The notes under the pieces are model-generated. The model was not told where the DNA came from and did no database searches. It worked only from the letters and a program-made list of their open reading frames with translations. A program made the translations under genes and the position numbers. Positions 30,335 to 40,853 of a DNA stretch of 64,000 nucleotides are shown here, piece by piece. Origin of the DNA: Andalucia godoyi And28 (lineage: Eukaryota; Protista; Jakobida); NCBI GenBank assembly GCA_009859145.1, contig VRVR01000054.1, forward strand, positions 124,001 to 188,000, read 5' to 3'. How positions within the stretch are numbered: the first letter of the stretch is position 1; every line of letters starts with the position of its first letter.

Positions 30335-30639
30335 TCCTTTTTTCTTTCTGTAACCGAGTCGTCCTTGTCTAGTCGAATGTTATTCTCGCCTTTTACTAGA
30401 ATAACCCGTGGACTGGGACATCAAAAGGCTCGCCATATCTATTTTTTGGGCTCCTTTTCCCAGGAGATTCTCTTACACACTTATACAGTTTTTCTCCCCT
30501 CACTCTCCTTTAAGATTATCATTAAAGCAAAACAACAAAACACAACACAACACAAAACAGAAGACCAACGCAGAATGCGAAAACATTTACGGGTTTGCTT
30601 AAATACCGCTGCCCGTTACACACGGCGACACACACATAT

Positions 30640-31719
30640 CTAGGCTTGCTGCGGACATACTTTCTGGGCATAGGCGCATAGATGCAAGAGCTGGAGCGTC
30701 TCGTCTGCGCCATCGGCCATTGCCTTTTCGGCCTGTGCGGCAACAATGCAGGTTCTTGCGAGAGCAAGGTCTCCAAGCGCCGACTTCTCCGAGTTGGAGC
30801 TGGAGCTGGAGCTGGAGCTGGAGCTGGAGTTGGAAACGAGGTGGGCGACAAGCTGCCGTAGAACCTGGGCGCCAGAATACCCGTCGTACGACAGCGCCTC
30901 GACACGCTGCTCCATTTCTGCAAACTGCCGGGAGCTGCCGAGCGTCGCGGCCAGTTCGCGGACTCTGGCGGCGGGCACTGCGCCGGAAGCCTGCCGCACG
31001 TCGTCGAGCGAGACTTGCGCCGCGGAGGGGCTGACTACAGCAGCTGCCTGAGTACTGGAAGTGGAAGTGGCGACGGCGAGAGAGAGCTGGGAAGTGGCTT
31101 GGAGAAGTGTGATGGCGCGTCGGAGGTCTCCTGCAGCCATGGACGCAAGCTCGGCGCGTGCGTCCGGTGCAATGCGGATGTTTTCGCGTTCGGCAATCAG
31201 GAGGATGCGGTCATCGAGGGCGTCGAGTGGGAGCGGCTTGAAGCGGAATTTCGCGCAGCGCGATGCGATCGGGTCGATGATTTTTGACACGTAGTTGCAC
31301 AGCAGGCAGAATCGCGTGACGCGTGCGTACTCTTCCATGGTGCGACGCAGGGCGGCCTGAGCATCCGTCGTCATATTGTCCGCCTCGTCTAGTATCAATA
31401 ATTTGTATGGCGGCAATGAGCCACTGCCGCTTGAGACTGCACCCTGAGCGAACGTCTTGATCTTGGTGCGCACGACCTGGATTCCGCGCTCATCGGACGC
31501 ATTCAGCTCCAACACACGCTCTCTGTACGACGTGCCAAACAGATCGCGGGCCGCTGCGTGAACCACAGACGTTTTCCCTGTTCCTGGAGGCCCGTAGAAG
31601 AGCAAATGAGGCAAATTCTGCGACGAGATCGCACGGCTCAGCGCACTCACGACCTCCGGCTGGTGCACGACTTCAGAAAGCGTCTTTGGTCGATATTTTT
31701 CAATCCACGGAAGCGACAT
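30640..31719 (-). CDS. RFC4: Replication factor C subunit 4 (yeast Rfc2 orthologue)
   Basis: PWIEKYRPKTL, LPHLLFYGPPGTGKTS (Walker A), LELNASDERGIQVVRTKIKTFA, LLILDEADNMTTDAQAALRRTME, CNYVSKIIDPIASRCAKFRF (SRC). Confidence 0.93.
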   Translation of the reverse strand: MSLPWIEKYRPKTLSEVVHQPEVVSALSRAISSQNLPHLLFYGPPGTGKTSVVHAAARDLFGTSYRERVLELNASDERGIQVVRTKIKTFAQGAVSSGSGSLPPYKLLILDEADNMTTDAQAALRRTMEEYARVTRFCLLCNYVSKIIDPIASRCAKFRFKPLPLDALDDRILLIAERENIRIAPDARAELASMAAGDLRRAITLLQATSQLSLAVATSTSSTQAAAVVSPSAAQVSLDDVRQASGAVPAARVRELAATLGSSRQFAEMEQRVEALSYDGYSGAQVLRQLVAHLVSNSSSSSSSSSSSNSEKSALGDLALARTCIVAAQAEKAMADGADETLQLLHLCAYAQKVCPQQA

Positions 31720-31889
31720 TCGTTCTCGGTTTTTGTGTTGGTTCGCTTGCTTATCCTTTCTTCTTCTCGTATTTTTCTTTCTCTTTTGGTAGTTTCTTAA
31801 AATAAAATAAAAATCTGTTTTTATTAAATATTGTATTTCTTTCATGAATTGTGTTTTGAGGCTTTTGCGCCAAGATGACGGAAAGCAGC

Positions 31890-31897
31890 GCGGGAAA
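31890..31897 (-). promoter_or_regulatory. E2F-consensus site (TTTCCCGC) about 170 nt upstream of RFC4
   Basis: GCGGGAAA on the + strand. RFC genes are E2F targets in animals and plants, but an 8-mer is expected about twice per window by chance. Confidence 0.3.
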
Positions 31898-32139
31898 AAA
31901 AAAGATGACTACGACAGGCGAGGCTGAGAGCTGCGTTCTTTGATTTTGTGTGATTCTCGAATCTGAGGCGTTTTCATTCTCTCTCTCTTTTGATTGTTGT
32001 TGTTATTATTATTAATTCTTTTTCAGAAAAAAAAAAAGTTTAAAATTATCTTCTTGTTGTTTGTTTATTTTGAAATTTAAAAGAAAGAGGTGCGGCGGGC
32101 GGCTTCGGGAAGAGGAGAAGCGACGGCTGTGGGGGAAAA

Positions 32140-34944
32140 ATGGAAGCTGGTGAAGAAGAGCAGCATCCGCAAAGGTCCAGGGATGCTGATGATGGTCATA
32201 GAGAAGATGATGGTGATGATGATGGTGATGGACATAGTGAAGATGGAGGACAAGGAGAAGGCGAGTTTGAAATCAAGGATTTTTCGAATGCATCGATGTT
32301 GGAGCGATTGTCGTCGAGATTGGCGACCTTGATACCGATTGTACTTGGAGATAAGAATACGGTGCATGATCTCGAGTTTGATGGAAAGTCGTTTTCGCTC
32401 GAGTATTGCTGCTTGGAGGGATGCAGTGGGTTTGAATGCACGCCCTTGGTCTATGGAGACCCGCGGGAAGATGCAGTGTTTGACACACATGGGGAGTTTT
32501 CACTGCGCATTCTCGGTCTTTTGCACGCGCTCATCTTCCGAATCGACGAAAATCGCATCGATGGTCAGTACGGAAGCGTATCCGTGCTGTGCAATTCCAT
32601 CCGATCGGCGCTGCTCGTAGCCCTGCATCATGATGTTCGTCATAGTCATGGCCGAAATGTGGCAAAAGGAAGGGTAGTAGGATGTCATGCTGCGGTTCCG
32701 GTCTTGGTGCTCGTTGGTCAGGCCTTCGGTCTCGGGTTCGATCCAACAACAAGACTCGACTTTTGCATCCATATCAAACCGCGGAACCTTAATTTGCAGA
32801 CGTTTCCGAAACCGGGTCTTTCGCGACGACGCACGGAAACCTCCGTATCACTCTCTCGGCTGCTTTCAGTATATCCATCTATGGATGCCGCTTCAAGACC
32901 CGCAAAACAAGGACAACCCGGGCAGCAGCACATGCCATGGGTGCATGTGTTGGAAGAATATCTGGGCGCAGATGGACTGTTTGGGACGTATACAGACCCG
33001 GTTTCGGCGTTTGTGTTTGGAGTCGAGACGGAAAATGACACACCAAAACACTACGACATGCGCGTCGTGTTGCAGCCGTGTGACTTTGGCATTTCGGCGC
33101 AGATACAGAGGTTTGTCGATTTTCTGGCTCTGTGTGAGCGCATCGAGACTGCACATGCGCCGTCGGCTGCTTCCGACATTGGCGTCAAAGATCGGAGCGC
33201 ATCCTCCTCCTCCGCTTCATCTCCATCTGCGTCTTCGCCATCAGCAGCAGCATCGTCATATTTGGATTTTGCGGCTGGATTGTTTGAATTGGATGTTTCA
33301 GCGCTGCGAGAAGCAAAGGAGGCGATCGAGAGCGTCTTTTCGGCGTCGTCGGCGACACTTGAGAACTCGGCGAAAACAGAAAATGACGAGGCTCGCGAAA
33401 AGGACCAGTTTTTGTTGCTCGATACTACGTCGCGGAGGCTGTTGGTTCGGGTCGCAGAGTGTGAAACAATTGGGCAGTTTCGGGCATTTTGGCTCGAGTT
33501 CGTGCGGCGGTTGCGCTGGTTTTGGGAGTCTGGAACGCCGATTCCGGGAGTTGCGGTGCCGCTTGACCATGCTGCAGAGGACCGAGGGAGCGCGCTGAAG
33601 TCCCCTACAACGCCTACTTCGCCGACGTTTTCTCTGCGCAGAGGTGTTCGAGAAGGTCTTGTGCGCAATGCAGTCGAGCGGAAGATTCAGCTGTTGCAGT
33701 ACTGCATTGTGCAGCAGTCAATGAATCCTCCCAGCGCAACGCAAAACACGGCTGCTGCGGCGCACTCGGAAGTCCCAGTGGTCGAAGGATGGGAAATGGA
33801 CATTGTAATGGACGATGCGCCAAGTCAGCAATCGCAGCAGCAGCCTGCTGGTCTCGCGAAGGTGGTCACTGACAGGCCACCCGAGCCTACACATTCTTCA
33901 CAAACAAACACGGAAAGAGGTGGCGCAAAAGAACGGGATGGCGACGAAGATGAAGACGAGGACGAATTCTTTGATGCTCATGAAGCAGAGGAGTCTGCGG
34001 TTCCGCAGATTGCATCACCAGTGTTGATCCCCGACGATCCGTATCGTGCACGGCGTGAAGGAGCGTTGCATCCACTGTTGCGCCGGAACAAGCCTTTTTA
34101 TTCCTTTGCGGTACCAGACATGCCTCTGTATGTCCCGGAAACGCTGAAGCCGCCTCCTGATTTTGTTCTACTGGACGTGCATGGAGTGCAGGATTTGTCC
34201 GGAGTTCGCATATTGAAGTCTGACATGTCCAGCTTCAAAGCTGCGAATCCCGGATGTGATATGCGCGACTTTCTGCGCTGGCACTCTCCCAAGGACATTC
34301 GCGACGATGGATCCTATTCCGAGCGCTTCCAAAAGACATCGCATACTGGAGATTCGATGTGGGAAAATGCATGGGACCATTCGCTGCCCAAGCCTGCATC
34401 CGAGCAGCCGCCATTGCTGAACCTGGTTCGTGAGGCCGAGCTTGTGCTGAACGAACTCGAGGTCATGTCCCTACGCGAAGTACTCGTTACGATTCTACCC
34501 ATTGCATCTGCGCTGGGAATTCATCTAGCGCTGAAATCTCGCGTGTGCGAATCGTTCCACGTCGAGAAACATCTGCTGGACATAGGCCAACGGTCTGTGC
34601 ATGCATGGGAAGCATCCGAGACCGCAGACGAGTTTGCAGCGTCCGGGCTCGTGCATGGCATCCAATCTGCCGAGTATGCGGCTGCAGCAGTCGCGTCTTT
34701 GCTCTCCAAGTTTTCGCATTGCACGCGCGACTTGGCGGACATTGACCGCATTCTGGACTATTCCTTCCGCGACCCAGCCCAGCGCATCCCTGTCTCGGAG
34801 CACCATCTCGAAGGCTGGCATGTCAGCGAAACACCCCCTACCAGCGTCGAACACTTGCTCGTTTGGGAAAAACCTTTCCGCAGATTGTACATTGGAGCCG
34901 ACCTCTTTGCCCAGTCTTGCTCTCCCTTCCTGCCCAAGCCATGA
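32140..34944 (+). CDS. RAB3GAP1: Rab3 GTPase-activating protein catalytic subunit (Rab18 GEF complex)
   Basis: N-terminal FEIKDFSNASMLERL; C-terminal LKSDMSSFKAANPGCDMRDFLRWHSPKD and WENAWDHSLPKPASEQPPL...EAELVLNEL. Confidence 0.88.
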   Translation: MEAGEEEQHPQRSRDADDGHREDDGDDDGDGHSEDGGQGEGEFEIKDFSNASMLERLSSRLATLIPIVLGDKNTVHDLEFDGKSFSLEYCCLEGCSGFECTPLVYGDPREDAVFDTHGEFSLRILGLLHALIFRIDENRIDGQYGSVSVLCNSIRSALLVALHHDVRHSHGRNVAKGRVVGCHAAVPVLVLVGQAFGLGFDPTTRLDFCIHIKPRNLNLQTFPKPGLSRRRTETSVSLSRLLSVYPSMDAASRPAKQGQPGQQHMPWVHVLEEYLGADGLFGTYTDPVSAFVFGVETENDTPKHYDMRVVLQPCDFGISAQIQRFVDFLALCERIETAHAPSAASDIGVKDRSASSSSASSPSASSPSAAASSYLDFAAGLFELDVSALREAKEAIESVFSASSATLENSAKTENDEAREKDQFLLLDTTSRRLLVRVAECETIGQFRAFWLEFVRRLRWFWESGTPIPGVAVPLDHAAEDRGSALKSPTTPTSPTFSLRRGVREGLVRNAVERKIQLLQYCIVQQSMNPPSATQNTAAAAHSEVPVVEGWEMDIVMDDAPSQQSQQQPAGLAKVVTDRPPEPTHSSQTNTERGGAKERDGDEDEDEDEFFDAHEAEESAVPQIASPVLIPDDPYRARREGALHPLLRRNKPFYSFAVPDMPLYVPETLKPPPDFVLLDVHGVQDLSGVRILKSDMSSFKAANPGCDMRDFLRWHSPKDIRDDGSYSERFQKTSHTGDSMWENAWDHSLPKPASEQPPLLNLVREAELVLNELEVMSLREVLVTILPIASALGIHLALKSRVCESFHVEKHLLDIGQRSVHAWEASETADEFAASGLVHGIQSAEYAAAAVASLLSKFSHCTRDLADIDRILDYSFRDPAQRIPVSEHHLEGWHVSETPPTSVEHLLVWEKPFRRLYIGADLFAQSCSPFLPKP

Positions 34945-35600
34945 CAATCGGACACTCATCTCTATCCTTTTTCTGTTATACGCCCTCTCTAACCCACTGT
35001 TAAAACAAAAACAAATTAATAAAGCCTTTTATTTCACGCCTACATTGTACACGAACCACGGATAATCATCGCTGATCACCCATAATCAATGCTGCAACCC
35101 AACAACATGCATAATGCAACGCGGCGGCGTGTTTATAGGGATTCCATGATCAAAAATGGGAGGCGAAACGAATCGGGCATCGTGTGACGGAGTTGCCAAG
35201 ATAACAGACGCATGCGCATGGCGCGTGGCAAAGTGGTTCTGTTTACGTGCGCTGTAAATTGCTTTATCATTTCGCAATAGGTGGCAACTGCACTCGATTG
35301 GTCATGAACTGCTGGGCTGCTGACCGCTGCTCCCTTGCTTGGCCTTTCCCTTACTTTTCGTTTTGTTTTTAGTTTTCCTTCTTTGCACTTATAATTGTTA
35401 TTGTTATTGTTATTGTTATTGTTTACAGTGTATACGAAGCGGTGCGTTTTTTGTGGCTTTCCCCGTGGTTATTTATCGGTTTTGCTGATATAGCTGATAT
35501 AGCTGATCTGGCTGATATAGAGTAAGTGAGTGGGTGAGTGCGCTGCGAAAAAAAAAAGAAAAAAAGAAAAAAGGATAACATCATCAGCATTATTGATAAC

Positions 35601-37457
35601 ATGTCGTCTGGTGCTTGTGAGTGGATGAGGATCCGGACGCGTGACGGGACAGAGTACTACTTTAATACAGTGACAACGCTTACGACGTGGGATCCTCCAG
35701 AGCCCGACGCCGATACTGCAGAAGGGTGGATCCTTGCGTTTGACCAATCTGGGAAATCATACTATTTCAACCCGACGACGAAAGCCACACAGTGGGAAAA
35801 GCCGGTGAAGAAGGGCACACTTGCGGAAGACGCCGAGCAGGACGATGGACACATAGAGTTTGTGAATGGGATGCATAAAGGAGTGGTGCAGACATCGCCA
35901 AAGGCTGCACCGCCGGTTGCGTCGAGAAAAGACATCAATGCAGACGTCGGGTCATCCTCGGAAGATGACGATGATATGGTGGCCAAGTCCTCGTCGAGTT
36001 CTGGCGGGGCGTCCTTGTCGAGTTCGGGTCATCATACAGCGTCGTCGTCCAATCCATCGACTCCAACTGCTTCTGCAAGCAAAGACAAGGCTTCGGAAAA
36101 GAAGAAGAAGACTGCCGCTGGCAGAAAAGGAAAAGCATTTGTGACGCTCGAAATGGAACGTGCTGTCGATCCTCTTCCTTCTTCGAAGGATGCCAAGGAG
36201 GGAAAGGAGGGCAAACATGCAAAGGACTCGGAAAAGAAAAAAGGGTTCTTTGGCGGGCTGTTCAGTCGCACAAAGACTGCATCGTCGTCGACGCTGTCGG
36301 CAGGCGGAAAGGTGTCCGCTCGGGCGTACGATGCTTGGAGGTTCCACAAACACGTTGCCACAAAGACGGTTCTGGACATCCCAATGGAAAATCTGTCATG
36401 GTTCGGTTCTGTGCCAGAAGCAGTGTACGTGTATTGCGGAGACCGCCAGCCGTCGAAGAACCTGGCGAGTGCATTCACCACGCAGAATAAGGCGTACGCT
36501 CCGGATCTGATCAAGGCGATCTTCCAGGGAATTCTGAAGTATCAGATCGAGCAGCCGGGGCTAAAGAACGAGATCTACATCCATATCATGCGGCACTTGA
36601 ACGGCAATCCTCGGCCGGAGTCCGCCAGGGCGGCGTTGGATTTGCTGAATGTGGCAATGCATTTGCTGTTGCCACAAGAAGATTTTGTCGCTGCTCTGGC
36701 ATCGTTTCTCGTCGAATTGCAAAAGCCAGAGAATAACGTGCATGAATTGCCCATCGAGATCATCTCGTATCTGATGGATCGCATCCGAATGCTGCAGTCA
36801 CTGTCGAAGTTCCACCGATCCTGCAGCCCAGATCTCAACGAACTGGACTTCATCAAGAAACTGCCCGCAGTGAATCCGGTGTTCAATGTCACCGTGCACG
36901 AATACATGCTTTGGCAGAAGGAAAGAAACATCCAGGGAGATCTTCCGGTTATTTTAACAACATGTGCTGGTCTGATTGAATCTCTCGGTGGCTTCCGAAC
37001 ACAAGGAGTCTTCCGCCTGCCAGGCAACCAGGAAGCAGTCTCCGCGATTTGCAACCAGTTTATCGAGAGCGGGAGCCTGGAGTTGCTGAACAACTGCAAG
37101 GATCTACATGTGGTCTGTTCTACATTTAAACTCTGGTTGCGATCTCTCGCCGAGCCAATCATCCCGGTCGACTTGTACCAAGTTTGCGTCCAAAAGTCAA
37201 AGGATCCGCAAGCTTGCATTGCTCTCGTACAGTCAATTGATCCAACGTCGCTCACAATTCTGAAATGGGTCATTTCGTTCGTTTCTCGATTTTGCGTCGA
37301 GAGCGTTGTCAAGTTGACAAGCATGTCCACCGAGAATCTCGCAATCGTCTTTTGCCCAAATTTGCTGCGCGATCCCATGGCTCGTCCAGACACGATTCTC
37401 CAAAATTCGTTTGCGGAACGTGCATTCGTCACCAATTTGCTGCGAAGCTGGAGATGA
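35601..37457 (+). CDS. ARHGAP39: WW-WW-MyTH4-RhoGAP protein (ARHGAP39/Vilse-like)
   Basis: ATG at 35601. Two WW domains (EW...EYYFNTVTTLTTWDPP; GW...SYYFNPTTKATQWEKP), MyTH4-like LKNEIYIHIMRHLNGNP, and RhoGAP GVFRLPG / FKLWLRSLAEPIIP / MSTENLAIVFCPNLLR. Confidence 0.8.
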   Translation: MSSGACEWMRIRTRDGTEYYFNTVTTLTTWDPPEPDADTAEGWILAFDQSGKSYYFNPTTKATQWEKPVKKGTLAEDAEQDDGHIEFVNGMHKGVVQTSPKAAPPVASRKDINADVGSSSEDDDDMVAKSSSSSGGASLSSSGHHTASSSNPSTPTASASKDKASEKKKKTAAGRKGKAFVTLEMERAVDPLPSSKDAKEGKEGKHAKDSEKKKGFFGGLFSRTKTASSSTLSAGGKVSARAYDAWRFHKHVATKTVLDIPMENLSWFGSVPEAVYVYCGDRQPSKNLASAFTTQNKAYAPDLIKAIFQGILKYQIEQPGLKNEIYIHIMRHLNGNPRPESARAALDLLNVAMHLLLPQEDFVAALASFLVELQKPENNVHELPIEIISYLMDRIRMLQSLSKFHRSCSPDLNELDFIKKLPAVNPVFNVTVHEYMLWQKERNIQGDLPVILTTCAGLIESLGGFRTQGVFRLPGNQEAVSAICNQFIESGSLELLNNCKDLHVVCSTFKLWLRSLAEPIIPVDLYQVCVQKSKDPQACIALVQSIDPTSLTILKWVISFVSRFCVESVVKLTSMSTENLAIVFCPNLLRDPMARPDTILQNSFAERAFVTNLLRSWR

Positions 37458-37720
37458 AGTCGGAGTCGACATTGGGGTTTTGTTCTTTCCCATTTTCTTC
37501 AGTCTTTGTGGACAGATTGAAATTATTATTATTATTATTTGTTGTTTGTTGTTGTTGTTTTCTTTTTGTTTGAAACGCAAAGAAGGAGAAAACGATTCAA
37601 CCACCGGAATTGTTTCACACCCAAAATTTCTTGATGACAAAGGGGACCAAACGTTCTTTCTTCCCCTCCCTCCCCGCGTGACACTGTCTTTTCCACGGCG
37701 GAGGCGATGTATCCTTATCC

Positions 37721-39685
37721 TTATCCCCATGTGGGAGAACTGACCAGAAACAACGAGTTTTCGCGATTCTTGATGAACTTGGTAACAGCCTTGGCGATAT
37801 TCGTCACAGCAGTCTTGTTCACGAGACCGTCAACGAGCAAGCAAAGCGCGAACTGCTTCGTAAGGACAACGTAGACTGCTTCTGCACCGCCGTCCAATCG
37901 CATGTAGAAACAGGGCTTTGACGACGTGGTCCCGCGGAGGTTTTCAAGAGCCTGTAAATACAAGTTGATAATTCTCTTTTGCTCCGGCTTAGTGTCGTAT
38001 GGACGTTCAAATGCTGGGTACGCAACTTGCGCGGTAAGCAGAGACTTGTAGCAGAAGTGAAGGAGGGAGTGCATTGGGATTGACGGAACAACGGACGCAG
38101 AGAATCCGCTGATGGTGCAAGCATGCATGATCGAGCTGATGAGTGCTCCGTTGTTCTCGTGAAACCGCTGAACAATTCGCTCGCGACCGGCAGACAGACC
38201 ATTCAAGTCTTCTGGAGAAGGCGAGATTATGGCAAGATACAACTTCTCATTCAAGAATGAAATGTACGCATAAACGAACTTGGTCTCGTCAATCCGCGGC
38301 AAACAGATGGGTGTCCATGTCTCGGATTGGTGCATGGAGGATGCATTTGCAGTAATGAAGTTGGTCAACAGCGCAAGATCCATGGGATCGACAACGCGAT
38401 TCTTACGTCGAACAATCTGGATGACCTCGTGACCAAACATCAGCATTGCGAAAAACGTGTATTGCGTCTGCGCATCCTTTTCCAGAACGTCGCCCACTCG
38501 CGTTCGAAGCTGTCTGGGCATATCGACGCATTTCACGCCACCAAGAGCAAGCGCGAGGTTGGAGCCCGTCCAAGACGCCAACTGATGAAACACAATTTCT
38601 GTGCCGCCCAAAAGGGATCGCAAATCATACGAGGGATTCTTGATAAGAGTCCCCGAAGCGCCTTTCAAAGTCAATATGAACACAATTTGCCTGTAATACA
38701 AATCGAGATGCGTTCGAAGCGTCAATACGCTTTCTCTTCCGCGCGACACGCAACACAAATAAATGGGCCCACGAATCAAAAATACAATCTTGTGGTTTCC
38801 GGCTTGGACAGACACCAAATGATCGTGGTCCTTTCCATTCGCCACGAATGAAATTAGTGCTTGGACGACTCCAAAGAACGCCGTCAATTTCGAATCATCG
38901 CCGTATCTTGTGAAAATCGGTTTTCCTGCTGCAGAAAGAACAAACACGTGTTTCTTTCGTTTCTGAAACAACGGATCAAATGTCCCTCCTTCCATCTCTG
39001 CAGCCGCCGCCGCCGCTTCTTCAGCAACGCTTTCTGCTTCTTCAGCATGTCTCTGTTTCTCTGCAGCTTCCGCCTCCTGTCCGTCGGAACGAAGAGCACC
39101 AACACCCCCCGTTTCACGGTCTTTTGCACGGCTCCTATCGAGAACATCATCGCCATGAGCCATTTCGACGACTCCATTCTCGTCAATAACCATCCTTGTG
39201 AGCCTTCCATCCGTCCCAGAGCCAACACTGCTCCTGGAACTGCTTCTGCTGCCTCGGTTCTTCGTTTCGCTATTCAGCACTGAACTCCACTTCAAGTTTA
39301 GCCGAGATGAAGACGCCGATGCATTCTCGGAAGAAACAGATCCACCACCACCACCTCGCCTCTCACGCTCTCCAAGCACGTCTGCGCCGTGGATGTGATC
39401 CATGTCTTTTGGAAACCCTCCTGCCTCCTCCTCTGCCTCCTCCTCTGCATCACCAGCACCATCCGCACCATCCGCACCATCCGCACCAGCAATCCGGCTA
39501 TCAGCGACATGGTCATCGTGCATGAGATCCTCTGCAATCGGAATCGGACTTGGCTGATGCTCTCCCCAAAACGAAGACGCCCGTCCAATGCGAAACGGAG
39601 TCTCCGGATGGGCCGCAGAACTTCCCAAGACTTGCGCGTCGGCATCCACATCCACCCGATCCGTCTCTTCTTCTGAATCGCTCAT
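37721..39685 (-). CDS. MON1: Vacuolar fusion protein MON1/SAND (Rab7 GEF subunit)
   Basis: KHVFVLSAAGKPIFTRYGD, NPSYDLRSLLGGTE, ETWTPICLP, FVYAYISF; acidic disordered N-terminus. Confidence 0.95.
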   Translation of the reverse strand: MSDSEEETDRVDVDADAQVLGSSAAHPETPFRIGRASSFWGEHQPSPIPIAEDLMHDDHVADSRIAGADGADGADGAGDAEEEAEEEAGGFPKDMDHIHGADVLGERERRGGGGGSVSSENASASSSRLNLKWSSVLNSETKNRGSRSSSRSSVGSGTDGRLTRMVIDENGVVEMAHGDDVLDRSRAKDRETGGVGALRSDGQEAEAAEKQRHAEEAESVAEEAAAAAAEMEGGTFDPLFQKRKKHVFVLSAAGKPIFTRYGDDSKLTAFFGVVQALISFVANGKDHDHLVSVQAGNHKIVFLIRGPIYLCCVSRGRESVLTLRTHLDLYYRQIVFILTLKGASGTLIKNPSYDLRSLLGGTEIVFHQLASWTGSNLALALGGVKCVDMPRQLRTRVGDVLEKDAQTQYTFFAMLMFGHEVIQIVRRKNRVVDPMDLALLTNFITANASSMHQSETWTPICLPRIDETKFVYAYISFLNEKLYLAIISPSPEDLNGLSAGRERIVQRFHENNGALISSIMHACTISGFSASVVPSIPMHSLLHFCYKSLLTAQVAYPAFERPYDTKPEQKRIINLYLQALENLRGTTSSKPCFYMRLDGGAEAVYVVLTKQFALCLLVDGLVNKTAVTNIAKAVTKFIKNRENSLFLVSSPTWG

Positions 39686-39731
39686 GACCTTCCTTCCCTT
39701 TGAATTTCACCTGGCTTCACAACTCGATGCA

Positions 39732-39742
39732 CCACCACCACC

Positions 39743-39802
<60 letters not shown>
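39732..39802. repeat. (CCA)n(CTA)n microsatellite upstream of MON1
   Basis: Direct inspection. Confidence 0.9.
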
Positions 39803-39803
<1 letters not shown>

Positions 39804-40108
39804 ATAACAACAATGTATCTATCTATTTCTCTATATATATATGACCTCGCCAAAATACAACAGAAATAATAGATTTATACAATCAAAGATGAATATGAGA
39901 ATGAACGGAGACACAAACATCACTCTTTTTTTTTGCTTTTGCATTTTTCAAACTAATGCCTGTTAGATATCGAACTCTGTCGACACGCATTATGTTTTTT
40001 TTTTACAGTCAGCACGAAGAAGCAGATTTTCCCGCTCATTTCCCCCCTTTTTTTGTGTTTTGTTTTTTCCCCAGTAGACCGGATGACTCGCAACGACGGG
40101 GTCGGACG

Positions 40109-40609
40109 ATGAGCAGCAGCAATGTAATTGGTAGAGAACACAGAGAGGGAGAGGGAGAGGGAGAGGATGGGTTGTTTCTTGATGATGATGCAGATGACAA
40201 GAATGAAGAATACATGCGTCGGCAACGGCAAAAGTACCGCGGTTTTGATATGGAAGAGAATGACCGCATGCAGCGGGGGGTGGAGGACAGAAGTTTCAAG
40301 AGCGATGCGATTCTTTGCTGTCCAGCGTGCTTTGCTACGGTTTGCATCGACTGCCAACGACATGAATTCCAGAAACATCGCTACCGAGCAATGTTTGTGC
40401 AGAACTGCACGGTTCGATCCGATCTGTTCATCAGCACAGTCGAGTTCGACGGCGAGGAGGATGATGCTGATGCTGATGCTGATGGTGCGGCAGGTCAAAT
40501 GAAAGGGCAGCTGCATCCAGTTGAGTGTTCAGAGTGCGGTACGACAATCGGAGTGTATGATCATCATCAGGTGTATCACTTCATCGACGTACTGCCTTCG
40601 GAAGCGTGA
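40109..40609 (+). CDS. EAPP: E2F-associated phosphoprotein (EAPP)-like
   Basis: SDAILCCPACFATVCIDCQRHE...YRAMFVQNC and HPVECSECGTTIGVYD...YHFIDVLPS. ATG at 40109. Confidence 0.9.
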   Translation: MSSSNVIGREHREGEGEGEDGLFLDDDADDKNEEYMRRQRQKYRGFDMEENDRMQRGVEDRSFKSDAILCCPACFATVCIDCQRHEFQKHRYRAMFVQNCTVRSDLFISTVEFDGEEDDADADADGAAGQMKGQLHPVECSECGTTIGVYDHHQVYHFIDVLPSEA

Positions 40610-40853
40610 TTGAGCGAACGGTCGGATGAGTGAGTGGATGTACATAGGAGTGGGAGGACGAGCTCGCCGTGTTTGAACAGTCACAGCTAAAACAAAATGA
40701 AAGAGAGGGAGAGAGAGAGAGAGAGAAAGAGAAGTGTCAACAGGACACCATGAACGCACACAGATACAGCAACAGCAAAACAAAACAAAAAATAATATAA
40801 TAATAATAATAATAATAATAATAAAATACAATTATATACTGATATACAATACA

